A stretch of DNA of 64,000 bases from Octopus vulgaris (taxonomy: Eukaryota): positions 31,310,001 to 31,374,000 of the forward strand of contig OX597822.1 in NCBI GenBank assembly GCA_951406725.2. Direction: 5' to 3'. Both the position numbers and the translations under genes were made by a program. This document shows positions 1 through 11,092 of the stretch, piece by piece. The notes beneath the pieces were generated by a model. That model had not been told where the DNA came from, ran no database searches, and saw only the letters and a program-made list of their open reading frames with translations. How positions within the stretch are numbered: position 1 is the stretch's first letter; every line of letters starts with the position of its first letter.

Positions 1-709
1 GAAAATAAATAAGTGGTTTTCTGTTCATGAAATGTGTGTGCAGTATTTAAGTAATTAACAATGTATATGTGTAAGGCAAAAATCCCTACACATCACGTGT
101 TTTGATCTGAAATCGTTTGCTGAAATTGTAGCGATTGCAGCGGAGAAGACATATATTAGCCATTCAGAGAGCAGATATTGCGTACCAAAGCGTATACAGT
201 TGTTATCTTTTATCGTACCCTCTGGTGGTTTTACGTCGAAGAGTATTGAAAAATTTAAGAACTTCTGAATAAATTTGATTAAAATAAGATTAGTTTGATA
301 TTATTTGACGCCATATAATATTCTTGCATATTTATTGTTTCTGAAATGCAAAATTTAAATCGGGAATTCATTATATCGAATGATCTCTCTTAAATTATGA
401 ACATATATTTACGATAATAGCATATAAATGATTTTTTGTTGATACATTATAACGAACACCGTTCTAATTACTGTTATACTTGATGGCATTTGTATAAATG
501 TCGTATTCTCGATCGAAATTTCTTTGATCAAATGCATGTTTGATGAATGGCGGTAAACAATTCGGGTAGTTATTTGTATACATTTTTATATGTGTATATT
601 TATATCAGGCATGGATACATACATACATATATATATATATATCAGGGTATGCATGTATATGTGAAACAAAGTGGGGAAATGGTATACGAATACCGGAGTA
701 ATATGATTT

Positions 710-919
710 ATTAAAGCTACAAGAACATCACAAAAATCACAAAAAAAAGACGCTACTCAGAGTTTCAAGTTCCCGTTCGTTGGACAGTTTTTTTTTCTGA
801 GAATCAGTTTTTTTCTTGCAACTGTTTGAATAATGAGATTCTCAATCCGAACTGTGCGACGAACGGGAAAAAGGAACTCTGAGTACAGCTTTCTTTTGTA
901 ATATTTTTGCAGCTTTAAT
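710..919. mobile_element. Palindromic PLE-terminal-like element with two diverging degenerate hammerhead motifs
   Basis: Arms 710-789 and 850-919 are reverse complements (tactcagagtt..ttcccgttcgt..acagtt / aactgt..acgaacgggaa..aactctgagta). Inner pair tgagaatc (798-805) / gattctca (837-844). Each arm reads ctgt-NNRACGA-acgggaa..-GAA(A)CTC-t-GAGTA. Confidence 0.55.
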
Positions 920-1491
920 CATAATATATATACACACACATATTCATACACACATATACATATATATATACGTGTGTATATTATGTGTGTATGGTATGTG
1001 TGTAGGCGTGCGGGTGGAGTGTTTTGTTATATATACACGTACACACATAAGTATATACATACACGTACATATTGCTTAACATGGATACATACGTTCGATA
1101 TTAGTGATGCATTCTTCTCTTTTTCTTTTCAAGTAGAATTTTGCAAGCTTTTTGTAAATATTGTTTCGAAATAATTTATATTGGAATATACATTTTAGAT
1201 GTGATCACTTGAAAGTTCAATGTTTACACCCTCCCCTTGGCCCGATAAATTTTCTCTTGTTTTATTCTGGAAATCTATTTTCCTTTGTGGGGAAATCCCC
1301 ATTCGGTTTTTGTCTCTATTGAATAATGTTGCAATATTCTACGGTTCCAGCTGTATCCGTTTTATAATCAGATTCCACTGACCATGTTATGTATATTCTC
1401 ATACGATCATTTATAATACTTAGCTTTACTTTTATGAGTGGAACTGATTAGATTATAAAACAATTCTTCGCGGACGAGGATGAAATAGTCA

Positions 1492-1736
1492 TCTACTAAT
1501 ATCTATAAAGACATAACACTTGTTATTTGTTTAAATTGTATATAACGTTTATGGATCTCAAAACCTACACTGAGCAATGGAAGAAAACACATGATACCTG
1601 GAATGCAACGCTGATCGTCGTATAATTCTAGTCTGCTGTGCAAAGAGAGATACATCAAATAATGTTATGCGCATAACTAGAGAAACAAATCCGTGAGACA
1701 TTCCTGATCGTTCACGGGTGTAGTACCGTGTTTTAG
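1492..1736 (+). mobile_element. Possible non-autonomous Helitron
   Basis: Starts A|TCTACTAATATCTATAAAG. Subterminal hairpin ccgtga (1691-96) / tcacgg (1712-17). Ends TTAG|T, a degenerate CTAG. Confidence 0.4.
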
Positions 1737-1853
1737 TAGTAATTGTCTAGAGCTGACGTGTGTGTAAGAATAACAGACACAGTAAGGTTTAGACAGTAGC
1801 AATTGTCATGGACTTTTATATTACATTTGATAGTTTAAACAGCGCGCTAAACT

Positions 1854-2314
1854 ACAGTAACAATCGTCCCATCAAGGACAGCCACATTATGTTGGCAAAG
1901 AGTCTTTAATTTAAAGAACTGTTACCAAATATCTTTCATTGTGAGATTTAAAAATAATGATGCTTCTATTTATTAGATCAGTGATTGTGTGTCACTTTGA
2001 AAATTATGTATTTTCGAACGGATGTTCAGCAAGTTCATGTAGCCAAGGAGCTACTCTGGGCTGATATAGAGCAATAACATAGAAACCGGTCAATAGACGT
2101 TGCTTTGTGCTGAATGTGGGTGCTGTGCTCCCTGTTCGTAAATATAAGGAGACAAACATTGTGTCGTATAGTCAGCTGGAAACGATGTTTCCTTGGGCTA
2201 AGCAACAGTAACAATCGTCCCATCCAGGACAACCATATTATGTTGGCAAATAGTCTTTACTTTAAAGAACTGTTACTGAATGTTCTCTTTGAGATATTTA
2301 TAAATAATAATATT

Positions 2315-2317
<3 letters not shown>
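1854..2317. repeat. Dispersed direct repeat, ~113 bp x2
   Basis: acagtaacaatcgtcccatc..ttatgttggcaaa..tttaaagaactgttac at 1854-1968 and 2205-2317. Confidence 0.85.

Positions 2318-2394
<77 letters not shown>
2316..2394. repeat. (TA)n microsatellite
   Basis: Pure TA run, one of dozens in the window. Confidence 0.98.
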
Positions 2395-2396
<2 letters not shown>

Positions 2397-2775
2397 AATT
2401 ATGATAAGAGAGCAGAATTTTTGAATTGCCAGTTTTTTTATAGTTAATCACATCTTTCCATGTCAGTACCTAACCCTGTTTTTCCGCTGCAAGCCAGTAC
2501 ACACTGCAAATTAAGCATCGTGATGTGCATTTTGGAGTTAATTACTGCTGCTGCTTCATCAGGGTAAAAATTAATTACATTTCAGATACCATCTGAACTT
2601 TTCAAACTGGCTGGTTAGAAAACAAGCCACTTGCTGTCCGAAATTAGGTCAATAACTTGCTAATGTATTTAGGTTCAAACTTTTATTCTATCTTAATATT
2701 CTATCATTGGAAAAATAGTATTTTCATTTTATTCAGTGTATCAAGTTACTTTTAGTCTATTGTTGTCGTTATTTA

Positions 2776-2874
2776 TCATTATTATTATTATTATTATTAG
2801 TAGTAGTAGTAGTAGTAGTAGTAGTTGTTGTTGTAGTAGAAGTAGTAGTAGTAGTAGTAGTTGTTGTTGTTGTA

Positions 2875-2909
<35 letters not shown>

Positions 2910-2922
2910 TGTTGTTGTAGTA

Positions 2923-2977
<55 letters not shown>
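2776..2977. repeat. Compound (ATT)n-(AGT)n/(GTT)n microsatellite at LINE 3' end
   Basis: Seen directly; contiguous with the 3' end of the minus-strand LINE. Confidence 0.95.
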
Positions 2978-2983
<6 letters not shown>

Positions 2984-3925
2984 TATCTCTACCGCAACTC
3001 CGGGACTCTTGCATACGTAGAGAGTTTAATACCTGCAGCCTACGGTACCAATCTATTCGCTCTCTTAAGGTATCTAATACTTTCCTGACTATCGTGGCCG
3101 TGCCAAGGAGGCAAACCTTATGTAGCAGTTCTACTAGGCACTCTCTTCCAGTTTCCTTTATATTTCTCTTGATGCCCTTTGATTCTGTTCCCAAGGACCC
3201 AACAATAATTGGCACTATATTCACTTCCTTCATTTTCCATAGACGTCCTTAAGAAGGTTGTATCTATCTATCTTTTCGCCTTTTTCTTGACTATTCGTGG
3301 AATAAAGGGGCATGGAACATCAACTATATAACATATGTGCTGCACCTTGTCCAACATCACAAGGTTGGTCTGTTATTGCCCTGGTACCTGATCTGTTTGG
3401 ATTGGGAAATCTTAGAGGATTTTGCCAGTCTTCGACTCTGCCACTCTGTGGTTTGTCCTCATGTCACGTCTTGCCTCTCTAACCCCCGAATTTCGCACAG
3501 TTTCCAGTAGAGCACCTTCGCTATTCGGTGGTGTCGCCACAACTTGTAAGTGTTTTTCGGTAAGTCTAGGGCATTCGTTTGTGATATGGGCAATGGTTTC
3601 ATCCACTCTATTGGAGATGCAGTACAGCGGGAGCACTTGCTCATTCCTCAGATTGATCCTCCAGTTCGGAGCCAGAGCTTCATCTCCCGCTGCTAGTATA
3701 GTGCGCACAGTTACCTTTTGAAATTTCTTTTCATCAGTCAATCCCACCTATGTTTCTAGCAACGTCTGCTGTGGCTACATGGAATTGATTGTGCAGTTCC
3801 TTGTTAAGTAATTCTCCTTCATGTCCTTTTTGTTCTTCTTCCTTTGCTTTCCCATTTTCACTTTGCTATCAATGCTCCCTCATTCCAAATTATCACTGGG
3901 AAGGTTTCCTTACTTTTGGTTAGGT
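2978..3925 (-). mobile_element. 5'-truncated, frameshifted R4/Dong-clade non-LTR retrotransposon (Zn knuckle + restriction-like endonuclease)
   Basis: Motifs in order: NKELHNQF; TILAAGDEALA; C..VDETIAHITNEC; YKLWRHHRIAKVLYWKLC; IL*DFPIQTDQV; YIVDVPCPF; VPIIVGSLGT..LHKVCLLGTATIVRKVL. Confidence 0.85.
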
Positions 3926-4061
3926 GGTGTAGCAGCAGAATCATTGTAAATGTTTTCCCCCTTGGATTTTAAATATATCAAATCATTTCGAATGTCATTT
4001 ATTTTGAAGTTCATGAATTCATGTGACGAATACGGTTTTTTTATAACGATGTAATGTTTTC

Positions 4062-4107
4062 ATCAATCAATTAGAGGAGTCATTAGAAACGGCCGTAATG
4101 GACTGAT
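4062..4107 (+). ncRNA. Minimal type-I hammerhead ribozyme remnant
   Basis: atcaatcaat-TAGAGGA-gtcatta-GAAAC-ggcc-GTA-atggactgat. Stem I pairs 8/10, stem III is the palindrome ACGGCCGT, and the core is 2 nt off CTGANGA. Confidence 0.6.
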
Positions 4108-4372
4108 ATCTCTACCTCTAATACTGCACATTTTTATTTATTCACCTGTTTCGGAATCTGCTTTTCTTAAATATGGTGCGTCTTATATTTTATAACTCAA
4201 GATCGGATTTCTTCACTCAGCTGGGTCTAATTGTCTACATACATTACAGGAATATCATCTGGCTAGTACGTATGTACCAAGTTTGATATTTACATAATAT
4301 TGTTGTTGGGTGTGTATATTATTGTGACCTAACGAGGAGCTTCAATTTAAGTATGTAATGCAACTAAATCTT

Positions 4373-4510
4373 ATGTATGTATGTATGTATGTATGAATGT
4401 ATGTATGTATGTATGTATGTATGTATGTATGTATGTATGTATGTATGCATGTATGTATGTATGTATGTATGTATCTATGTATGTATCTATGTATGTATCT
4501 ATGTATGTAT
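4373..4510. repeat. (TATG)n microsatellite
   Basis: Seen directly. Confidence 0.97.
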
Positions 4511-5149
4511 ACAATCTGAAAAAAAAACATTATTATTTTTACAATATGTGACGACGAAACAGCTTTTGAAATCAGTTTATGATCAAATGCATTTTATTTT
4601 CTTATTGAAATTTGTAGCTTTCTTTCTGATTTAAAATCCAATATTTGTAGATGTTTGGTTAATTCTATTGTACTCATGATAAAAATGATTGATAAGTAGC
4701 CATTAGCAGTGTCAATTCACGTAGAAAAATATTGGACGTGTCTTAAAATAATCTTCACATTATAGTCAGCGGTTCTTACGTTTAAAAATATGTTTCATAT
4801 ATTTGTGTTTTATTTAATATAATATCAATTCCATAGGCTGAAAATTGATGGGAAATTCGACGTCTTTGAGGCATTAATTTGTCACTAACTACATAATTAT
4901 ATTTTCAATATTACATTACTAGGTGGAAGCTACTGGCATGAAAGAAAGACACTAATTTTGAGATGTTAACATTATATAGATATATTTTTGTTCTCTTTCC
5001 CCGAATTATATTTCGCACTGTAATGAAGAGGTATGGAAGCAAAACTACGATGTGACTAGCAATTTGAATTTTTTAAGTGAATGTTTTATCGTTTTGTTAT
5101 CGTTAAATTTCATCGGCATAGGTTTTAATATTATATATAGAATGGTTTG

Positions 5150-5730
5150 GAAGATAAGTAGAACATCAGCCTTAATGGCTAGCGGTTATACTTCCAGCTC
5201 TACACATTCTCAGTACAAATCCCGCCGAAGTTATTACGGAGTCGATAAAATAAAGCACCGCTCAATTATTGAAAGTCACATTATCAAATAATCCTCTCCT
5301 CACAAAACTCTTGGTTTTTGTGTCCATAAAGAATGAACTGACAAATTGTTAGAAAACCAGATTGCAATATATTTTCAGGCTTTTTAAATTTGAATGGCAA
5401 ACGCTACCGAAGTAAACTTTGTTTTATTTTAAGCTTACTCGAGTTGAAAAAGTAGGGGACAACTCAAATACGGAGTCGATATAATCGACTAACCCTTTAC
5501 CCAAATTCCTTAACTCAAGTCTAAATTATAAGAAAAATAGACTGGATGGTTTTAGAGTCTGGAAAATATTTTGCCATATTTCTTCCGGCAATCTTTTTCT
5601 GAGCTGAAATTTCTCCGAGTTCGACATTCCTCTTGGATAAAATATGTTGTCAAGTAAATAGAGAGAACACGTGTAATTGGCTGACAACTCCGCTAAAGTT
5701 TGCTGAGGCCTAAATTAGAGATCACGATTT
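5150..5730 (+). mobile_element. Three tandem, highly decayed copies of an old SINE family
   Basis: Recurrent (t/g)tcaaat..ccga(a/g)gt.. ggagtcgataaaataa.. gtcgat..aatcgact modules. Related pieces at 16860-16980 and 56820-57020, and reverse-strand pieces near 53960-54120 and 55330-55510. Confidence 0.4.
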
Positions 5731-6019
5731 GTTAATTATCCCATTGTCAGTTCATGTTACGCATTACAAAATCTTATAAATTCTATAAAATAGAATATCT
5801 TTCGATTTATGGCTGAAATGTAATTGATAGTATCCTATCGAAAGCATGTAGGCTTACATTAATTACGGAAATCATTATTAACATTATACATCTGTAATGA
5901 GCTACAGTAGTTTTAAGGCTTCTTTTATACAGGCGTCAATTCCTTTATTATGCTTATAATAAACTGCTCGTCGTTTGTCAATATCCACAGGACTAGTTTA
6001 ACCTCTTAAGGTATCATCT

Positions 6020-6074
6020 CGTATATTTTCGTTCAAAAATATCTCGTAAATATATATTTGAACGAAAATATACG
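6020..6074. repeat. Perfect 18-bp inverted repeat
   Basis: cgtatattttcgttcaaa (6020-37) / tttgaacgaaaatatacg (6057-74). Confidence 0.9.
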
Positions 6075-6909
6075 TTCACTGAACTCAGAGGTATCAGATT
6101 TCTAACTCTAAATACTTCGTTCATGAAGTTATTTCCGTTTACTATCATTAGCTGTCTGTAATTATTATTAACTATCAGTAACTATCATTTCTATCAGTAA
6201 ATTCATAATAAATCATAATTGATCCAAAATAATTTGTGCACTTTTTCTTCTTAAGAAGTAAATAATGATAATAATAAAATATATTTTTGGCATGGAAATT
6301 GAAAACAACAAAACGTGTATGTTAAAACCAATGAGGGGAGAGCAAAAAGTTTTGAACAGACATGCACAAAGACACTCAATTACGGACACATGAGAGTGTC
6401 CATAATTACAAATGCTGCAACGCGGGCGTTCATTCACATTGGATGGTATCGCTATTGTTTGAGTGTGCGTCATTACCAAAGTATATAACCTATGAACTTG
6501 CGTACGAATATTCATATATTGTTTAAGGATATATAAAACTTTAAATTTCTATTTATATGCAAAAGCATGCATACATATATACATACACATCTCGTATCAT
6601 ATTTAGATGAACTTTTATGCATAACTAACTAAAGGGAATTCACTTTTGAGCTATCTTTGAAAATATTCTACCCATGAATACATGTTTGTATTCTTATGCA
6701 AAACTTGTTTGAATATGGGTAAGAATCCATAGCACGCTTGGCTTTCAATAAATTCTCTGCTTTTATAAGACTTTTATTATAAATTCTCAGCATTTATAAG
6801 ATTATATTGTTTAGTCATCATGCTTAGTCATGAAGCAAATAATTAAGTTCTTTCACTTCCACACTTGTTGCTTCGGTTTCAGTGAGAGGTCTGCGTGACT
6901 GCTAATAGT

Positions 6910-7555
6910 ATGTCATTCAAGAAAAGCTTCAAAGTTGTTCAGCAGAACAAGGAGAAATGGAGAAGAAATTTGGTGCAGTTCCATTCCCCTTATTCTAGAT
7001 GCCATGTGTCTATAGAAGGAGCCTCACTGGCCAGCAGGAGCCGAATACCACTGAAGAGGCAGAATCTTGGTCGGTACAAGTTTCTTTGTAAATAAATTAA
7101 AGGCAGAAAGGAGAGAGTGGTAGAATTATCAAGAGAGGTGATACTACCGAAGAGAGATAAACTGAATGTTCGAAGTATTTCCGAGCAAGCAATACGGTCC
7201 AAGCTCAAAATATGCTTCATTTGTATGACAAATGCGCCAAAAAAGAAACGTTTGAGCCATTAGAAGAACTGTTCGATATCACCAAAAGCTGTACTTTATC
7301 AAATTCCAAATCAAGGGCAAAGTGGGCTATTTGTAAGGCAAAGTTGCAAGGAAGCACACTATCCATCCTTCCAAGACAAGAAGATCCTCTGATGCTGAAT
7401 CCTTTCATTCGTAATCAAACCCAGCAGCCCTGGATACTGACAGCAACTCTGAAGAAGAAGCGATTAAAGGGTACAATTATGGTGAAGATGACAGTGTTAA
7501 TCAATATGATAGTGATAAAGTCGGCACAATAAATCTGCATTTGGTTACTGTTCTC
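6910..7555 (+). pseudogene. N-terminal fragment of a DNA transposase (hATm-like), frameshifted
   Basis: IEGASLASRSRIPLKRQNLGRYKFL; ELSREV..DKLNVRSISEQAIRSKL; YDKCAKKETFEPLEELFDIT, then an acidic tract. Resembles the G.KLP..RQVL..W.K..I..LFDI layout of invertebrate hATm-type transposases (from memory). Confidence 0.5.
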
Positions 7556-7658
7556 TTCAAAGAATGTTTTTTTAAAACACAAGAACGCCAGTGGTACTTC
7601 AAGAGATATTCCTCTTAAAACATTATGCCCTGGCGAGTTGTCTTCCTTCGCTTGATAG

Positions 7659-8190
7659 TTAAGTTTTCCAATTTTGAAGTAAAAAATTCCGAAAATGTGG
7701 ACAACTCCCCACGGCCTCCCTCCTGCATTTCAGGTAGCGTCCTGGCTCATGCGACACACAATTTACTGGGTCCACAAGTTTCCACAAGTTTCCAGTAATT
7801 TCCACTTGATGTTAAAGGGTGTATGATCGTCTTTGAGGCGCCATACATATGCTGCGAGTGTCATTGTATTGCGTCTATCGAGGACCCTGAGGGAAGATCT
7901 GTGGTTGGTTAGGCGAATTTGGATTCACAAGATCCGACATAGATTTTTGTGTGTCCTTGTGTTGGCATTGATGTTACTGTTATTTGTGCTGCTTCTCGTT
8001 GAGGCTACCTTTGCTTGGTACGCTGTAGCCTCGGTGTTACATCAGCCATCCACTGGGCATTCATTTCTAGTCCTGCATGAACAACCTGCCTTTGTCCGTG
8101 GTTTAGAAGTGCTAAGTAATTTGTCCTTAACATTGGATGCACAATGAAACTGAAGAGATGTCTAGTTCACTCTAGATATGAAACCAATGT
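7659..8190 (-). mobile_element. Penelope-like element (Naiad-type) C-terminal Zn linker + GIY-YIG endonuclease, degenerate
   Basis: KLL..GCSCRTRNECPVDG*CNTEATAYQAKV..KIYVGSCE..RLTNHRSSL..TLAAYVWRLK..FNIKWKI..LC..RREAVGSCPHFRNFLL..* (stop 7659-61). CxCx5Cx5C linker. At least 2 frameshifts. Confidence 0.85.
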
Positions 8191-8289
8191 TTTTTTTTCT
8201 AAGCTGTTACTTTACACAAACAAAAATAAACAACTGGTCTATATTTTATAGTATATGGTCTTCTACTGATTTATAATCTTATAACGAAG

Positions 8290-8358
<69 letters not shown>

Positions 8359-10033
8359 CACACAGACATACATATACATCTATGCTCACGCGCGCAGCCA
8401 CACATACAAACACAAACACACATATATGGAAATAATCATCCAAAATCTTCTAACAAGGAACATATAGTGAATGACTACCCTTGGTATAGTTGTTGTATAC
8501 AATGTTACATCTACTCCCCTGTCACTCAAACAGCCAGTAATAGCCTGGATCATTGATTAGCACATATGTTGCCTATAACCAACGAGGCTTTTCTTTAAAA
8601 GCTAAGATATAGTATATACAGATAAAAGAACCAGAAACACCGGCAATATTACAGGCTTTGTAACTCGATCTCTAATAATATCTAACCTTTCTACACTTTG
8701 AGAATGAAATGTACATGCGCTTTTATGTAAGACATTACTGACGAAAATGAAGTGGAATTAAATGCTGCTCACATAATCGACATGAAACGTCGGTTTTTAG
8801 CCCACTTATTTATTCACCTTAACTTATTAGCGATGCTTTCTTATATCACTTGCACTTACACTCTCGTAATGAACTAAGATCAGAATGGTATCTGACAGAA
8901 GGGATGGATACGAAGAGTTTCAAAGAATGATAAATGAGAGTACACATATTCTTGACTTGTTGAAATTCATTAGCAATGTTAGAAATGTGAAATGTTTTCA
9001 GAATATCAAGTGAATGGCTGCAATGAAACCTGCATTTTTACTCTACATTATTCTTCAAATTTCAAAAGAAGCACTGCTTCTCATATTATTTGCTCATTAT
9101 CTAGAATGATATATTGTGTCTAAAATGAATCCTAATGGACATAATAAATATTATAAAAATCATGGTAAGCGACAATTATCTTAACACACCATTTCCGTGA
9201 TATTTTTCCTTTTATATCACCTATCTTACCACGTATAATTGACAACGCATTCTTTAACATCTAATTCTATCAAATAAAAAGGACCTAGGTAATGTTGAGC
9301 AGTATTTTTGCGTTTCCTCTAATCAAGATTTATGACTGATCAAAAGTTTTTGATATATAAGGAAGCCGAAAACATAAGCAAAACTTTTTAGCTAAAAAAC
9401 ATTCTTGAATGATACACTATAAACAGCATTAACTCTACAAGAAAATCCAGAATATAATTGACGTATTTAACCCAAAGAAACAACTAGAGCATTTAACTTT
9501 TAAAGAGATTTTACTTTTGATCAAAATCTAAAATATAATTGGAGCTGAGGTCTTTAGAAAAATGAAACAAGTTCGCGTGCTACTCTTTCAGAAAAGTTAA
9601 GTATGGAAAGAAGTCAATCATACATTTAGGAATTTCCACAGCTCTTGCTATGAGGTAGTGAATACATATTTTTAATTGAAAATCATTAAACTGATTGTTG
9701 TTTTATTTTTATTTATCTAACACTTATAAAATGGCATAGGATTTGGATACGGTAATTGCCGTGGCAGCGACAAGTTCGCTCGCTGGTTGTTAGTTGATAG
9801 TGTATAAGGGAGGTAAAGAATAAGGAATGCACGGTGTTGACTAGAAGCAAAGGAAGGTTATAAGTTACGAATAGAACAGAGTGGTATCATTTAGTAGAGA
9901 AGTTGTTCCTCTTCGATTACTATCGCAAATGGCAGTAGCTTTCTTCAACCGAATACACGTCGTTGATTGGTTGAAATTATCCAAATGAGACAACTTAAAA
10001 ATGCAATAACTTCTAAAACAGGAACTTTTGTCA

Positions 10034-10766
10034 AAAACATACTTTACAATGGTAAAATGGTTATCCCTTAATTATAACCAGTATTCGAAGTTTCAAACTG
10101 TGTAGTTGAAGAAAATTAATTAAAAAATCTGTGATTGAGATGGAATAGATACTAGGATGTTAATACTTTAGAAAATAATCTACCAAATTCTACCATAAAA
10201 ACAACAAACTCTCGTGGTAGAAGAGGCTTACAAAGGACGTTCCATACGTTTGTTAAAAGTGATGGGACTAGCAGCCAAATGTTTTTTTTTTCAAATCACA
10301 CCTTATCGCCTGAAATAAAGGAGACATCGGACAATGTATATCATTTTGGAGAAAATGATGAGGTGATGATGAAACACTTTTACACATACGTCTACTCAGT
10401 GCTAACTTACTTGATCCTAAAATTCAACAACACTAACAAACAACGGAGAAATGCAATTCAGCGCTTTAGTAAACATTCAGTAATTAACACATAAGTTGTT
10501 TACTAGAAGTTTTATTTTCCTTCTAAACAATCTTAGTTAAGGAAATAATTCTTACATCATTTTGTAAAATTGTTTGCGCTCCAGTTTAATGAACCTATTT
10601 TTCTTTCTGAATAAGGAAATGCATTTTTATTCCACAGAAGTCTAATTAATAGACTAGAAAATATTCCAAAATGAAAACCTCAACGAAATGTTTAATTAGG
10701 TCTGTTTTTCTAGAACGACAGTAAAACATACTTTACAATGGTAAAATGTTTATCCCTTAATTATAC
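10034..10766. repeat. ~43-bp direct repeat x2
   Basis: aaaacatactttacaatggtaaaatg(g/t)ttatcccttaattata at ~10034-10076 and ~10723-10765. Confidence 0.8.
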
Positions 10767-10910
10767 GGTATTCCTGGTGATACCCGCATTAATCTGCATC
10801 TATCCATCTTCCATTTACCAAAAGATTTGCAACTGGCAATACGTATGTCACGATTTCACCAACAACGAATTGCATATCTCGACGGCGATATTATATCGAC
10901 TAGACTAAGT

Positions 10911-11092
10911 CACCAAACATACAGCGCACTAAATATAGAGCACACCAACTATAGAGCACATCAAACATAGTGCACAACAAACATAGCGCGCACCAAGCAG
11001 AGAGCATAACAAAGATAGAGCACATCAAACATAGAGCACACCAAAAATAGAACACGTCAAACTTAGAGCACAACAAGCATAGAACACACTAA
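10911..11092. repeat. 16-bp minisatellite, 11 units plus a partial
   Basis: Consensus CACCAAACATAGAGCA; every unit is 16 nt with scattered substitutions. Confidence 0.93.

Noticed and set aside
8042-8044. In-frame TGA in the Naiad Cys linker as selenocysteine
   Set aside because: It sits beside, not at, a conserved Cys (PVDG*C). A CGA-to-TGA mutation in a decayed copy is simpler.
7833-8147. 104-aa hydrophobic plus-strand ORF
   Set aside because: Antisense shadow of the GIY-YIG fragment.
8737-8794. CTGACGA...GAAACGTC hammerhead-like string
   Set aside because: No stem I pairing and only a 3-bp stem II; kept as a weak candidate only.
10911-11092. CRISPR-like array
   Set aside because: No spacers; contiguous tandem units in eukaryotic DNA.
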